Assembly (NCBI RefSeq): GCF_006345805.1
Contig: NC_043016.1
Location: forward strand, 31,000,001 to 31,064,000
DNA from: Octopus sinensis
Taxonomy: Eukaryota
Length of the DNA: 64,000 nucleotides
Direction of reading: 5' to 3'
Made by a program: the position numbers and the translations under genes. The notes beneath the pieces were generated by a model, which was given only the letters and a program-made list of their open reading frames with translations, searched no databases and had not been told where the DNA came from. How positions within the stretch are numbered: the first letter of the stretch is position 1; each line of letters starts with the position of its first letter. Positions 51,100 through 63,514 of the stretch are shown in pieces.

Positions 51100-52510
51100 T
51101 AAGTATGAGGTATTTCATTATGCAACCATAATATACTATAAAGTGTATTAAACATGTTTTATAAGTTAATAATGTGTTCTCCTGTATTAGCAGTGTACTT
51201 TTACATTATTTCTTAAGGTTATCTTTACAGATATTCGATAGAAATTATAGCCAGCATTAATTTGTGTTACTATGTTTCATATACAAGATGTCAGAGATTG
51301 AAGATGAAAAATGGGTAATGGGCATATATGCATATTTCTGGGCATTTCCCTGCTGCATCAGCACCCATCTAACCCCTTAATCATCCATGAACTCATTGCT
51401 TAAATAGCCACTACATATAGCAGTGTATAATTATTGGATATACCAATTTTACATATTAAATGCATTCCTGGAAGCTGATACATGAATACTAATGATTTGT
51501 AGGTACATGGTATTTCATTATGCAAATCAAACATTTTTTATAAATCAATAATGTGTTCTGTGTTAGCAGGAAAAGGAAGCGAGGGCACCCAAAGCAGACA
51601 TGGAGGTGGAGCATTTTGAACAAGCTCAGGACCACCGGCCTGACATAGGAAGCAGCCAAGAAACATGCCAATGACTGCAAAAAGTGGAATACAACTGTTG
51701 AGGTCCTACATTATTTCTTAAGGTTATCTCTACAGGTATTCGATAGAAATTATAACCAGAAGTGATTTTTGTTACACAGTTTCGTATCTGAGATGTCAGA
51801 TATAAACAAACAATGAGATTGAAGATGAAAAGAGGGGTAATGGGCATATATGCATATTTCTGGGCATTTTTTCCCCTTTATCAGCACCCATCTAACCCAT
51901 TAATCATCCATGAACTCATTGCAGGTGGCATGCAAAAGACACCATTTGAGTGTGGCCGTTGCCAGTACTTCCTGACTGGCCCTTGTGCCGGTGGCATGTA
52001 AAAGCACCCACTACACTCACAGAGTGGTTGGCGTTAGGAAGGGCATCTAGCTGTAGAAACTCTGCCAGACAAGATTGGAGTCTGGTGCAGCCATCTGGTT
52101 CGCTGGTCCTCAGTCAAATCGTCCAACCCATGCTAGCATGGAAAGCGGACGTTAAATAATGGTGATGATGATGATGATATAGCAGTGTATAGTTATTAGA
52201 TATACCAATTTACATATTAAATGCATTCCTGGAAGCTGGTACATGAATACTAATGATTTGTAAGTACATGGTATTTCGTTATGCAAATCAAACATTTTTT
52301 ATTTGTCAACACTGCATTCTCCTGTGTTAGCAGTGTGCTTTTACATTATTTGTTTAGGTTATCTCTACATATATTCAATAGAAATTATTGTCTACACTGA
52401 TTTTTGTTACTATGTTTCATTTTCTCCAGATCCTGGGTTTATTTCAGCAGTATTGACTTCTCAGCTCAGTTATCATGTTTGTAATGGACTATAAAGTGGC
52501 TGGCTGAGAT
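51100..52510. repeat. Locally triplicated block, interrupted by a family B LINE tail (51920-52177)
   Basis: ggtatttc(a/g)ttatgcaa..ttacattattt..ggttatct recurs at ~51110, ~51510, ~52270. Confidence 0.8.
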
Positions 52511-52879
52511 TTTATTTATTCACAAAAAGAAGTTGGGGTGAATAACTATTGTTTCGTATTGTTTATGATACTGGTTAAAAACTGGTCTCAACTGATTGAA
52601 ACAATCTTGTTGCCATCTGTCTGTAACATTCTTTGCTTCTAAGACTTTTTGTTTTTTACCCTTGTGTTTTTTCATTGTTTCTAACAAATCATATGCTGCC
52701 ACAAATTAACTTCTCACCATAAACTATAGTAATATCCTTTTTCTGTAAAGACTCAGAACAAGAAGAAACTGCTTTAATGGAAGGTATTTCTGCAGCCCCC
52801 TAAAGGTGCACTGGTCAACTGTTGGTCAACTTTTATCAGTAACAACACGCTTAAAAAAAAAATAACACTGTACTACATT

Positions 52880-53365
52880 CTTTTTCTTCTTCTTAATCCT
52901 TTTTGCCCCTTATGGAGCATAGGACCTCAACAGTTGTATTCCACTTTTTGCAGTCATTGGCATGTTTCTTGGCTGCTTCCTATGTCAGGCCGGTGGTCCT
53001 GAGCTTGTTCAAAATTCTCCACCTCCATGTCTGCTTTGGGTGCCCTCGCTTCCTTTTCCTCTGTGGGTTCCAGTCAAGTGCTTGTCATGTCACATTTGAG
53101 GGTTCTTTCCGCAGTGTGTGTCTGATCCATCTCCATTTCCTTCGTCTAATCTGAACATGTATGGGCTCCTGGTTAGCCCTTTCCCACAGGTTGGTACTTG
53201 GCACTCTATCGAACCACTTCAGATGGAGGATCTGCCAGAGACATTTGTTGATGAAGGTCTGGATCTTCTTGTAGTTGTTGCAGGTGGCTCTCCATGTTTC
53301 AGAGCCATGCAAAAACACAGATTTTACGTTTGAACTAAATACGCAGAGTTTAGTTCAAGTTGAGA
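52880..53365 (-). mobile_element. RTE-clade LINE 3' fragment (second family)
   Basis: LHGSETWR..KIQTFINKCL..QIRRRKWRWIRHTLRK, GKRKRGHPK; (AAG)n tail. Confidence 0.85.
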
Positions 53366-54940
53366 TGGCAGCCACTTTATAGTCCATTCTAAACATAACT
53401 GAGCTGAGAAGTTAATACCACTGAAATAAATCCAGGATTTGGAGAAAATGAAACATAGTAACATAGATATTTCTAAATGCTAAGAGAGTTCTGAAGGAGT
53501 TTGAAGCCCATCTAATTCCTAACATTCTATCAATTTTTTCATCTGTTCATCAAGCTTTATGGCATACTTTCAAATTTCTCTTTGATTCTAAGGAGTACGG
53601 TATATCCATAAATGAACACTAATAATAGACACCATGTACTTCAAATATTGTATATGTTACAGACAGCTCCAAGTGATGATTGAAACATTGCCATACAATA
53701 ATATCAGGATATTTCTAAGGCGGTGATCTGGCAGAAACATTAGCATGCCGGTTGAAATGCTTAGCAGTATTTCACCTTCAAATTCTGCCACGGTCAACTT
53801 TGCCTGTCATCCTTTTGGGTTCGATAAATTAAGTACCAGTTTAATACTGAGGTCAATCTAATCAACTGGCCCTCTCCCCCAAAATTTTGGGCCTTGTGCC
53901 TAGAGTAGAGAAGAATATCACAATATTTCTGCAACAGTCACTGAGCCACCATAAAGCTTTCTCCCAAAATTATACTAGCACTATCAATGGTAATGCATTT
54001 AGATTATCCTGAAGATAATCGTGATCAAACCCATGCTCAGCATAATTAAGTGGTCGCTTATAGCTTCTGCTATGACATCAGGTAATTCTAATAAATCCAG
54101 AAATATAAAATGTGGATCTTCTGATTTGTTAGTTTCAGATTTCAAATAGACTATCAAGATTTTTTGCTACTAAGAGTTTATCAGAATGGCTATTTCCCCT
54201 TTTATTTTAAGAATGCATTTCCAGACTCCTAATTTCATTTCCTGTGCAACATGGTCAATAACATCCGTTGCACTAACTTTGTGAATTACTGCACCATCCA
54301 ATTTTTGAAATGGCAACAAATCAAAATGATCTGTGCATGGTTTCTTATTTCTGGCAAGCAAATACACAGTTCTAAATATTTTGCAGGTAGTTGCTTCAGA
54401 TTTATTTAAGCAATCCATGTCCGTTCCCAGTTGTCATTCTCTGTAGAATTTCGACAGCATTGTTATGTGACTATGTCTTCGAAGGAAGCAAACAATTTTT
54501 TTTTTGCTTTTTTTCAAAGATAATAGTTGAACTGATCAGATGCTACTTCTGAAAGAAACTGAAATTGAACTCCATTTTTTAAAAACACATCTACCTTGTG
54601 ATTTTATTGGGCCTAGATTGGTTGCAATAGAGCATATCGCATATCTGATTATTCTGGAATTATTCATAAATCACATGTAAGCCATTTTTTCCTCATTCTC
54701 ACATCTCAGTCCAAATTTCAGACCATGCAAACTTAGTTGCATGTTGTCCTGACAATGTCATTTCACAAGAATATGATGCAACAATACAACTAGTCACTTA
54801 TGGAATTACTTTTACACATTTAAAACCACTTACAGAATCATTTGCACAGGTTATATATCCTTTTGTTTGTTCAGCTCCACTTTTTCTTGTAAAAAACCCC
54901 AAAATGATTGTATCTTGCTTGTTTACATTGTTCACTCATT
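53366..54940 (-). mobile_element. Decayed hAT (ZNF862/KIAA1586-like) transposase, with a SINE C insertion at ~53718-53915
   Basis: TCKIFRTVYLLARNKKP, SATDVIDHVAQEMK, FIFLDLLEL, GIRWASNSFR fragments. Confidence 0.7.
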
Positions 54941-55069
54941 TTGGGGGGAATAATGTTTGGTCAAAGATTCTTTTTCACTTTACTAAACAACCATACTTTT
55001 TTTCAAGTTATATAGATGTATTTGTGTGTATGTGTGTGTGTGGATAAATAAATAAATAAAATGATAAAC

Positions 55070-55371
55070 ATCGCCCTTTTCAAGCCTAGCCAGGCTCATG
55101 GGCCCAGTTTCCCAGTTTCTGTGGCGTATGTGTTCCTCCCAGCTGGACGGGATGCCAGTCCATCATAGCGTTACTCAAGAAACAGGAAGAGAGAGTAAGA
55201 GAAAGTTGGGGTGAAAGAGTACAATAGGGGTCACCACCACCCCCTGCCAGAGCCTCGTGGAGCTTTTAGGTGTTTTTGCTCAATAAACACACAACGTCCA
55301 GTCTCAGAATCGAAACTGTGATCCTCCGGCTGCGAGTCCACTGCCTTAACAACTGGGCCATTGCGCCTCCA
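55070..55371 (-). mobile_element. SINE family D (3' module 2)
   Basis: Head as in 15990-16384; 3' module as in 16970-17273. Confidence 0.85.
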
Positions 55372-55552
55372 TAAATAAATAAATATAACTAACTTATTTC
55401 TAGTAGCCATAGGATTTAAACCCATACAAAAAAGACTTGAATACATTTTTAGCCTCAACAGTTATTGAACCAGAAGCACAGTAACTTTTAATAAAAACAG
55501 TAACACGTTGCAAAAAACTATTCGATTAAATCTTTATACTCTACCTAGGAAC

Positions 55553-56030
55553 ATCATCATCATCATCATTTAACGTCCATTTTCCGTGCTAGCATGGGTT
55601 GGATGGTTCAACCGGGGTCTGGGAAGCCAGGAGGCTGCACCAGGCTCCAGTCTGATCTGGCAGTGTTTCTACAGCTGGATGCCCTTCCTAACACCAACCA
55701 CTCTGTGAGTGAAGTGGGTGCTTTTTATGTGCCACCTTCACAGGTGCCAGAGGAGTCTGGCAATGGCCATTATCAGATACTGCTTTTTACGTGCCACTGG
55801 CATGGGTATTACAACTACAATTTCCATTTGATTTTGATTTTGATGTTGATGTATTTGACTCAATAGGTCTCCTCAAGCACAGCAGGTCGCCCTACGATCC
55901 AAGGTAAGCACAGCAGGCCATCCTGCAATCCATGAACTCACTTCATTTGTCAGGTCTTCGCAGTCACAGCATATCTCCAGAGGTCTCGGTCTTTCGTCAT
56001 TGCCTCTGTGAGGCCCAATGTTCGAAGGTC
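55553..56030 (-). mobile_element. RTE-LINE 3' end (family B)
   Basis: (CAT)n, family B body, end of ORF matching ~31365-31440. Confidence 0.85.
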
Positions 56031-56507
56031 GAACAATAAAACAAAATAACAACCTGCATTATTTTAAACAAGTAAAAAAAAAAAAAGAAATCAAACAGGA
56101 CAGTGGTAACGAGCAGAGACATTAATGAGAACAAAACCCATAACTGGAAAATTTTCCCTGTCGGTCATTTGCTGGATCTCAAAATGATTTCTTTATCTTA
56201 AGGCAGCCGAAGGTGGTGAGCTGGCAGAATTGTTAGCATACCAGACAAAATGCTTGGCAGCATTTCACTCATCTTTATGTTATGAGTTCAAATTCTATCG
56301 CAGTTGACTTTGCCTTTCATCCTTTGGGTGGGGTGGGGGATGGCGGGGGGGGGGGGGCAATGAAATAAGTACCAGTTGAACACTGGGGGTCGATTTAAAT
56401 CTGCTGGGTCTTATGCTGATGCCGATTAGGAATGCATGTCGTTAATGTCTTTAAGTGTTTCATCTTGAAAACTGTGGTCATGCTGGAGCACCACTGCTGT
56501 AAAGTTG

Positions 56508-56602
56508 TGCCATGGGTGAGGATTGAACACATGACGTTTGGACTTCTCGGTTGTTAGCTTTGGATTATGAGACTGATGTGCTGCCTACTGTGCTACCAAA
56601 GC
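56508..56602 (-). pseudogene. tRNA-Met(CAT) elongator-like pseudogene with a ~22-nt intron-like insert
   Basis: Minus strand: GCTTTGGTAGCACAGTAGGCAGCACATCAGTCTCATA-[~22 nt]-..GTCATGTGTTCAATCCTCACCCATGGCA. Matches eukaryotic elongator tRNA-Met with CpG-type decay and stem mismatches. Confidence 0.7.
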
Positions 56603-56616
56603 AGTGTCCTTCATCT

Positions 56617-56980
56617 TTTCTCTTTCACTAATTTCATTTATTAGACTGTGGCTATACTGGGACACAACTTTGAAGGGTTTCAGTCAAATTGATTGACCCC
56701 CAGTACTTTATTTTTTAAGTCTGGTACTAATTCTATTAGTCTCTTTTGCCGAGTTACAGGGTTGTAAACAAACCGATGCTGGTTGTCAAGCAATGGGTGG
56801 GGTGACAAAAACTAAAACAGACTCACACATACACACACACACATATATAACAGACTACCACACAGTTTCCGTGAACCAAATTCTGGAGCTATAGTAGAAG
56901 ATGCTTGCTCAAGGTTTTGCACATTGGGATTGAACCAAGAACTACATGGTTGCAAAGCAAGCTTTTAACCGTACAGCTAT
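56617..56980 (-). mobile_element. SINE family A copy (diverged)
   Basis: Family A similarity. Confidence 0.75.
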
Positions 56981-57251
56981 GTATGTATATGGCTGTATGG
57001 TCAAGATACTTGCTTCAGAGTCACACAATTTCAGTTTCAGTCCCACTCTTTGGCATCATGTTTTAGCATCTATTATAGTCCTGAACTGCTTTTCGATAAA
57101 ATTTGGTAAATGGAAATTGTTATCCTGTGTCTATGTATGGTGTGTCAGTGTGTGTGTACACATGTACAAATGTGCAATAATCTTGCTATTCCATGTTTGT
57201 CCCTAATTTAGTAAAATGGGTGAGAAAAGTGATAATGTTTACATCCTTTGC

Positions 57252-57473
57252 TTAACCCTTTTGATACCAACCTGGCTGAAACCGCCTCTGGCTCTGTAGC
57301 AGAAATGTTTTGTTTTCATAAATTTTGAATTAAAATCTACCACCAAACCTTAGTCACAATTTGTGTTCCTAACACTAGCTTAATGATAACCAAGTTATTT
57401 TACTAAATTCTTTGTTACATTTAAAATTAATTGAAAGAAACCCAGAGCATCTTTACGGTAACGAAAGGGTTAA
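57252..57473. mobile_element. piggyBac-type MITE (second family)
   Basis: TTAA-CCCTTTTGATACC ... GGTAACGAAAGGG-TTAA. Confidence 0.8.
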
Positions 57474-57606
57474 GGTAAGGGCTTAAAATGCTGTGCTTTA
57501 AATGAAAATACCTTTTACTTGAAAAGCAGGTAAGGGTTGGTGACAAGAGGAATGTTTGGCTGTAAAATCTCACCTCAAATAACAACCCCACCTGACTCAT
57601 ACTAAT

Positions 57607-57940
57607 GGGAGACCCCCTTCGGCCATGGAATGACCATGGGATTGCACCTAGAAAGTTACCTTCCGAGGTACAAGTCTGGGCAAGGTTGTTTATGGAAGAC
57701 CAGCAGTTGGCCATGCATATCAACCTCTCCTAACCTCACCACTGATGTTATACAAGGGAAAGGCAAAGGCCGATATAGCTTGGCACCATTGATGTCACAA
57801 CTCATTTCTACAGCTGAGTGAACTGGAGTGAAATAAAGTGTCTTGCTCAAGAACACAACATGCAGCCCGGTTCGGGAATTGAACTTACAACCTCACAATC
57901 ATAAGCTTGGTGCTCTAACCACTGAGCCATGCACCTTCAC
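57607..57940 (-). mobile_element. tRNA-derived SINE (further family)
   Basis: Minus-strand head gtgaaggtgcatggctcagtggttagagc...agttcaattccc followed by tgttcttgagcaagacactt. Confidence 0.75.
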
Positions 57941-58096
57941 TGACTCATTCTAATATGGGGCAGGGAAAAAAAGACTTAAAATAAGCAAATATATGCCAAC
58001 ATATATATAACATCCACTCTGAAATGCTTGCATCTCACAGTCAGGGTAGGTTGCACTGTGAGCTGATTTAGATGTATTTACACCATTTGTCTACAG

Positions 58097-58289
58097 CAGA
58101 GTTTCCCAACCAGGGGTGTGAGATGGCATCCCAAGGGGTGCGAGCAGGGCCGGATCTATAGGCAGTGAGGTCAAAGAGGGTAATTGTCCCGGGCACCTTT
58201 ATTCTTATATAAATTATTACTTTAATGGGTGTGAGAACATATTAAAATTTTTTGGGGTGCATGGGCATAAAAAATGTTGAGAACCACTG
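58097..58289. mobile_element. hAT (Charlie-like) MITE
   Basis: TIRs cagagtttcccaac / gttgagaaccactg; imperfect 8-bp flanks gtctacag/atcaacag. Confidence 0.7.
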
Positions 58290-58556
58290 ATCAACAGCAA
58301 GAAATATTTTCCATGACAAAACACAGCGAATGGCTTGGTTACAGGTTCAAATATTCCCCAGACATATTTGAACTGGTGATAACCTTGTAAACATATATAA
58401 TCTTTGCTTCTTATGTTAATTCTTCTACTCTGGTTAATCAGAATTGTGATGTTGCTTTAGTGTGTTGGTTAGCATGGCATTTGCAGTATTTCCAGCAGAT
58501 ACAGCATTCAAATTCCATAGACAATAATACAGTTCTCTATTTAAGAGATGAGGAAT

Positions 58557-58950
58557 TATGTACATTATTTACATTATTTACATTTGACGGATATTTGTCC
58601 TCATCTTGTTTGTTGTTAACACATTTTGGCTGATATACCCTCCAGCCTTCATCAGGTGTTTTGGGGAAATTTCGAACCTGGGTTCTCATTCCTAAGGTGT
58701 TTTTCAATGTTATTATCAGTACTATCATCATTATTATTATTATCATTATTATTATTACCATTATTATTATTATTCCGGTATATATAATAATAATAACATC
58801 GAAAAATACCTCAGGAATGAGAACCCAGGTTTGAAATTTCCCCAAGACACCTGAAGAAGGCTGGAGGGTATATCAGCTGAAACATTATTTTAACAACAAA
58901 CAAGATGAGGACAAATATCAGTCAAATATAAATAATGTAAATAATGTCCA
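58557..58950. repeat. Foldback (~165-bp arms) around an (ATT)n spacer, with degenerate minimal hammerhead motifs
   Basis: 58557-~58716 is the reverse complement of ~58790-58950; acac-CTGAAGA-aggctg..cagct-GAAAC at 58847-58883. Confidence 0.85.
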
Positions 58951-59334
58951 TAGATAATGTTTCAATTTTTTTCATTTTTTTAATGAGATTTATACTTTTG
59001 CCCTGGGTTGACCAAAGCCTTGTGAGAGGATTTGATAGAAGGAAACTGAAAGAAGCTCATCGCGCACACACACACATCTCTTTTATCTTTTATCATTTAT
59101 TTGTTTCAGTCATTAGACTGTGGCTATGCTAGGGCACTATCTAGAAAAATTTTTAGTCAAACTTATCTTTCAGACTATTCATATTTTTTTTTTGAAAGCC
59201 TGGTGCTTATTCTATTGGTCTCTTTTGCTGTTACGGGAACACAAACACAACAACACCGGTTGTCAAGCAGTGGGGGAGGGGGAAGAAACAAAGACATGCA
59301 CACATAAACATACACATATATATATATATGTATA

Positions 59335-59493
59335 TATTGGGTTGTCCCGTAAATAATGTGGTTTTTTCAATTGCATGAACTAAAAGCCGGAGGGTGATGG
59401 GATAAACTACCTGCATCAACTTGCTATAACAGCTAGTAGTAATTTTATCTTGTCCTTATTCTTAGTGCAAGTTTTAAAGAGTGTAGTTCGATT
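59335..59493 (+). mobile_element. mariner-like 5' end/TIR fragment
   Basis: ta-ttgggttgtcccgtaaataatg; a reverse-complement relative at ~62490-62630 lies next to mariner coding sequence. Confidence 0.6.
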
Positions 59494-59494
59494 T

Positions 59495-59718
59495 GTGAGT
59501 GTTTATTGAGCGAAAACACCTAAAGCTACACGAGGCTCTGGCAGGGGGTGGTGGCAATCCCTGCTGTACTCTTTTGCCACAACTTTCTCTTACTCTTTCT
59601 TCTGTTGGCCTGCTCACTTAGCCAGCGGGGTGGCGTCATTTGGAGGCTAAAACGATGCGAAGCACATTGTGACCAGCGATGTGTAGCAGCATCTGATAGC
59701 CTGGTCGGTCACGGTGAT
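59495..59718 (+). mobile_element. SINE family D fragment (3' module 3)
   Basis: Shared central part gagtgtttattgagcgaaaacacc..cacaactttctct followed by a distinct 3' end. Confidence 0.7.
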
Positions 59719-59799
59719 ATATATATATATATATATAGTAATATTAGGGAGTATGGCTCCAAACTTACAAGGTTTGAGTTGCCTAACTTTTATCTCTAA

Positions 59800-61047
59800 C
59801 TAGCAGTATCGCCCGGCGTTGCTCGGGTTTGTAAGGGAAATAACTATATAAGCATTTTTAGAGAGTTATAGCCAAAAAATAGCAAAAAATGCATTAAAAA
59901 TGGAAAAAATATGATGGTAAATTTTTTTAAAAATCGTTGACTCATCGTAGACATTTTTAGAGAGTTACTTCCCTTATATAATAGCGAAAAAAATGCATTA
60001 AAATGGAAAAAAAAACGATGGTAAATTTTTTTTAAATCGTAGACTCATGTAGACGCTTTCTTAGCCATTTCTGTTTTGGTGTCTTCAAGCCATGAAGTCG
60101 TTGTTCTAAAAGAACACCGGTCTCCTTGACAACGCATTACGACGTTGATTTCCTTACACTCCCTTCCCCACAGGTGCAGGTGTGAGCGTGGACGCCAACT
60201 CCGCCGCCATCGACACACGAAAAATTATGCATTAAAATGGAATAAAAAATGATGTTAAATTATTTTTAAAATCGTAGACTCATCGTAGACGAGCGCTAAT
60301 ATTCAGACGGGCTCGATATGAATCACGACTATAAGCTACCCGAATTTGGTTAAACTGTACCGCAAAATGTGGGAGTAGTTAGGAATCTAAATCGAAGGGG
60401 ACAGACACTCACACAACTACAGTTTTATATATATAGATATACATAACGCAGTAGTGGTGAGATATGACAGCAAAGAAAAGCATACATTCACTCTCTGCAT
60501 GCAATTAGACTCGGAAAGTTCGTGAGCAACCCATTGACCCAATTTGCTGACTTTTCCAATAGCACACAGGTGTCAATGAATGGTTGAATGACCAAATCCA
60601 AGCTTCTCTGCTAGTTCCTCAACAGTTACGATGATATTTTGTTCCACCAGGGTTTTCAGGATGTCCTTGTCGAGTTCTACAGATCTTTCAGGATGAGGCT
60701 CGTCTTCTAGGCTGTAGTTTATGGCTCGGGATTTCTGGAACCACCATTGACACTGCCTTACGCTTATTGTCCAATCCCCATATACTGCATTAATATTTCT
60801 TGTACTTTGCACACATTTATATTCTGTTATTCTTTTATATGTTTCAGCCTTGAGGTTGTGGCCATGCTGGATCATGTGTGTGTGTGTGTGTGTGTGTGTG
60901 TCTATCTGTCTGTCTGTCTGTATGTATATATGTATATGTATGTGTGTGAACAATAATATTTTCAACAGATGTGTTGCAAATGTATCTGATTGTTCTCAAG
61001 CTTCAATACTGTGTGTGTGTGTATGTGTGTGTGTGTATGTATGTATG

Positions 61048-61079
<32 letters not shown>

Positions 61080-61537
61080 TGTATGTATGTATGTATGTAT
61101 GTATGTATGTATGAGTGTATGTTTACTTTATTACTAATTACTCTCTTCCAAGAACATTTTCACTCACTCTTAGCTCTTAGCTTCCCATACATTTTACTCA
61201 TGTATCTATCAGCGTCATAGACAGAATACTTTCACTTTAGTCTTCCTCAAATCACTCTGTCGCTATTTACTTTCATTTTATTTGTTGCCCACTGTGTGTG
61301 TGCGTTTGCGTGTGGTGTAAACCAGACTAAGAAAAGCATTTGACACACACACCAGAATGTGAGTTTTCTGTAAATTTTGCTTAATTGGAGTTTAAATTTT
61401 AAAAACTGGACCTGGCATGACACGATGCATTGTACTCTCAAAAATGCTAGGTAAATTGTAATTGAAGAAATCCTATATTGTAGATTTGTATAACTCCCAA
61501 AGGGAGGCAGATAAAATCTGCCTTTTATAATAAGAGA
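59800..61537 (-). mobile_element. Compound Helitron unit 1 (family E end + mariner, SINE and microsatellite cargo)
   Basis: CTAG/hairpin end at 59800, internal 5'-like end at ~60437, mariner HTH remnant (WFQKSR..SLEDEP..EELAEKLG), TCTCTTATTATAAAAG start at 61537. Confidence 0.75.
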
Positions 61538-61541
61538 TATA

Positions 61542-62643
61542 CTAGCAGTATCGCACGGCGTTGCTCGGGTTTGTAAGGGAAATAACTATATAAGCATTTT
61601 TAGAGAGTTATAGCCAAAAAATAGCAAAAAATGCATTAAAAATGGAAAAAATATGATGGTAAATTTTTTTTTAAATCGTTTACTCATCGTAGACATTTTC
61701 AGAGAGTTACTTCCCTTATATAATAGCGAAAAAATGCATTAAAATGGAAAAAAAACGATGGTAAATTTTTTTTTAAATCGTAGACTCATGTAGACGCTTT
61801 CTTAGCCATTTCTGTTTTGGTATCTTCAAGCCATGAAGTCGTTGTTCTAAAAGAACGCTGGTCTCCTTGACAACGCATTACGACGTTGATTTCCTTACAC
61901 TCCCTTCCCCACAGGTGCAAGTGTGAGCGTGGACGCCAACTCCGCCGCCATCGACACACGAAAAATTATGCATTAAAATGGAATAAAAAATGATGTTAAA
62001 TTATTTTAAAAATCGTAGACTCATCGTACACGCGCGCTAATATTCAGACGGGCTCGATATGAATCACGACTATAAGCTACCCGAATTTGGTTAAACTGCA
62101 CCGCAAAATGTGGGAGTAGTTAGGAATCTAAATCGAAGGGGACAGACACTCACACAACTACAGTTTTATATATATAGATATACATAGCGCAGTAGTGGTG
62201 AGATGTGACAGCAAAGAAAAGCATACATTCACTCTCTGCATGCAATTAGACTCGGAAAGTTCGTGAGGAACCCATTGACCCAATTTGCTGACTTTTCCGA
62301 TAGCACACAGGTCTCAATGAATGGTTGAATGACCAAATCCAAGCTTCTCTGCTAGTTCCTCAACAGTTACGATGATATTTTGTTCCACCAGGGTTTTCAG
62401 GATGTCCTTGTCGAGTTCTACAGATCTTTCAGGATGAGGCTCGTCTTCTAGGCTGTTCCAATATAGCTTTGAAAAAAATAGCTGTTAAAATCGAAATGCA
62501 CTCTTCAAAACTTGCACTATGAATAAGGACAAGATAAAATTACTACCTGCTTTTATAGCAAGTTAATATAAGTAGTTTATCCCATTCCCCTCTGACTTTT
62601 AGTTCAAGCTGTTGAAAAAACCGCATTATTATATATATATATA

Positions 62644-62675
<32 letters not shown>

Positions 62676-63007
62676 CACACACACTCTCTCTCTCACACAC
62701 ATGCACACATTTATATTCTGTTATTCTTTTATATGTTTCAGCCTTGAGGTTGTGGCCATGCTGGATCATGTGTGTGTGTGTGTGTGTGTGTGTCTATCTG
62801 TCTGTCTGTCTGTATGTATATATGTATATGTATGTGTGTGAACAATAATATTTTCAACAGATGTGTTGCAAATGTATCTGATTGTTCTCAAGCTTCAATA
62901 CTGTGTGTGTGTGTATGTGTGTGTGTGTGTGTGTATGTATGTATATGTATGTATATGTATGTATGTATGTATGTGTGTATGTATGTATGTGTGTGTGTAT
63001 GTATGTA

Positions 63008-63038
<31 letters not shown>

Positions 63039-63502
63039 ATGTATGTATGTATGTATGTATGAGTGTATGTTTACTTTATTACTAACACAAGCCACTACGG
63101 TTATTTAATGTAGCCTTCCTCAAATCACTATCTCTGGCAATTTACTCTCTTCCAAGAACATTTTCACTCACACTTATGTGTTAGCTTCCCATACATTTTA
63201 CTCATGTATCTATCAGCGTCATAGAGAGAAACAAATATTACATCTAGTTTCACTTTATTCGTTGCCCACTGTGTGTGTGGTGTAAACCAGACTAAGAAAA
63301 GCATTTGACACACACACCAGAATGTGAGTTTTCTGTAAATTTTGCTTACTTGGAGTTTAAATTTTAAAAACTGGACCTGGCATGACGCGATGCATTGTAC
63401 TCTTAAAACTGCTAGGTAAATTGTAATTGAAGAAATCCTATATTGTAGATTTGTATAATTCCCAAAGGGAGGCAGATAAAATCTGCCTTTTATAATAAGA
63501 GA
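61542..63502 (-). mobile_element. Compound Helitron unit 2 (tandem near-duplicate of unit 1)
   Basis: Colinear with and highly similar to 59800-61537, with different indels. Confidence 0.75.
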
Positions 63503-63514
63503 TATATATATATA

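Noticed and set aside
60747-63108. Many CVCMYV/YIYI-type ORFs
   Set aside because: Microsatellite translations.
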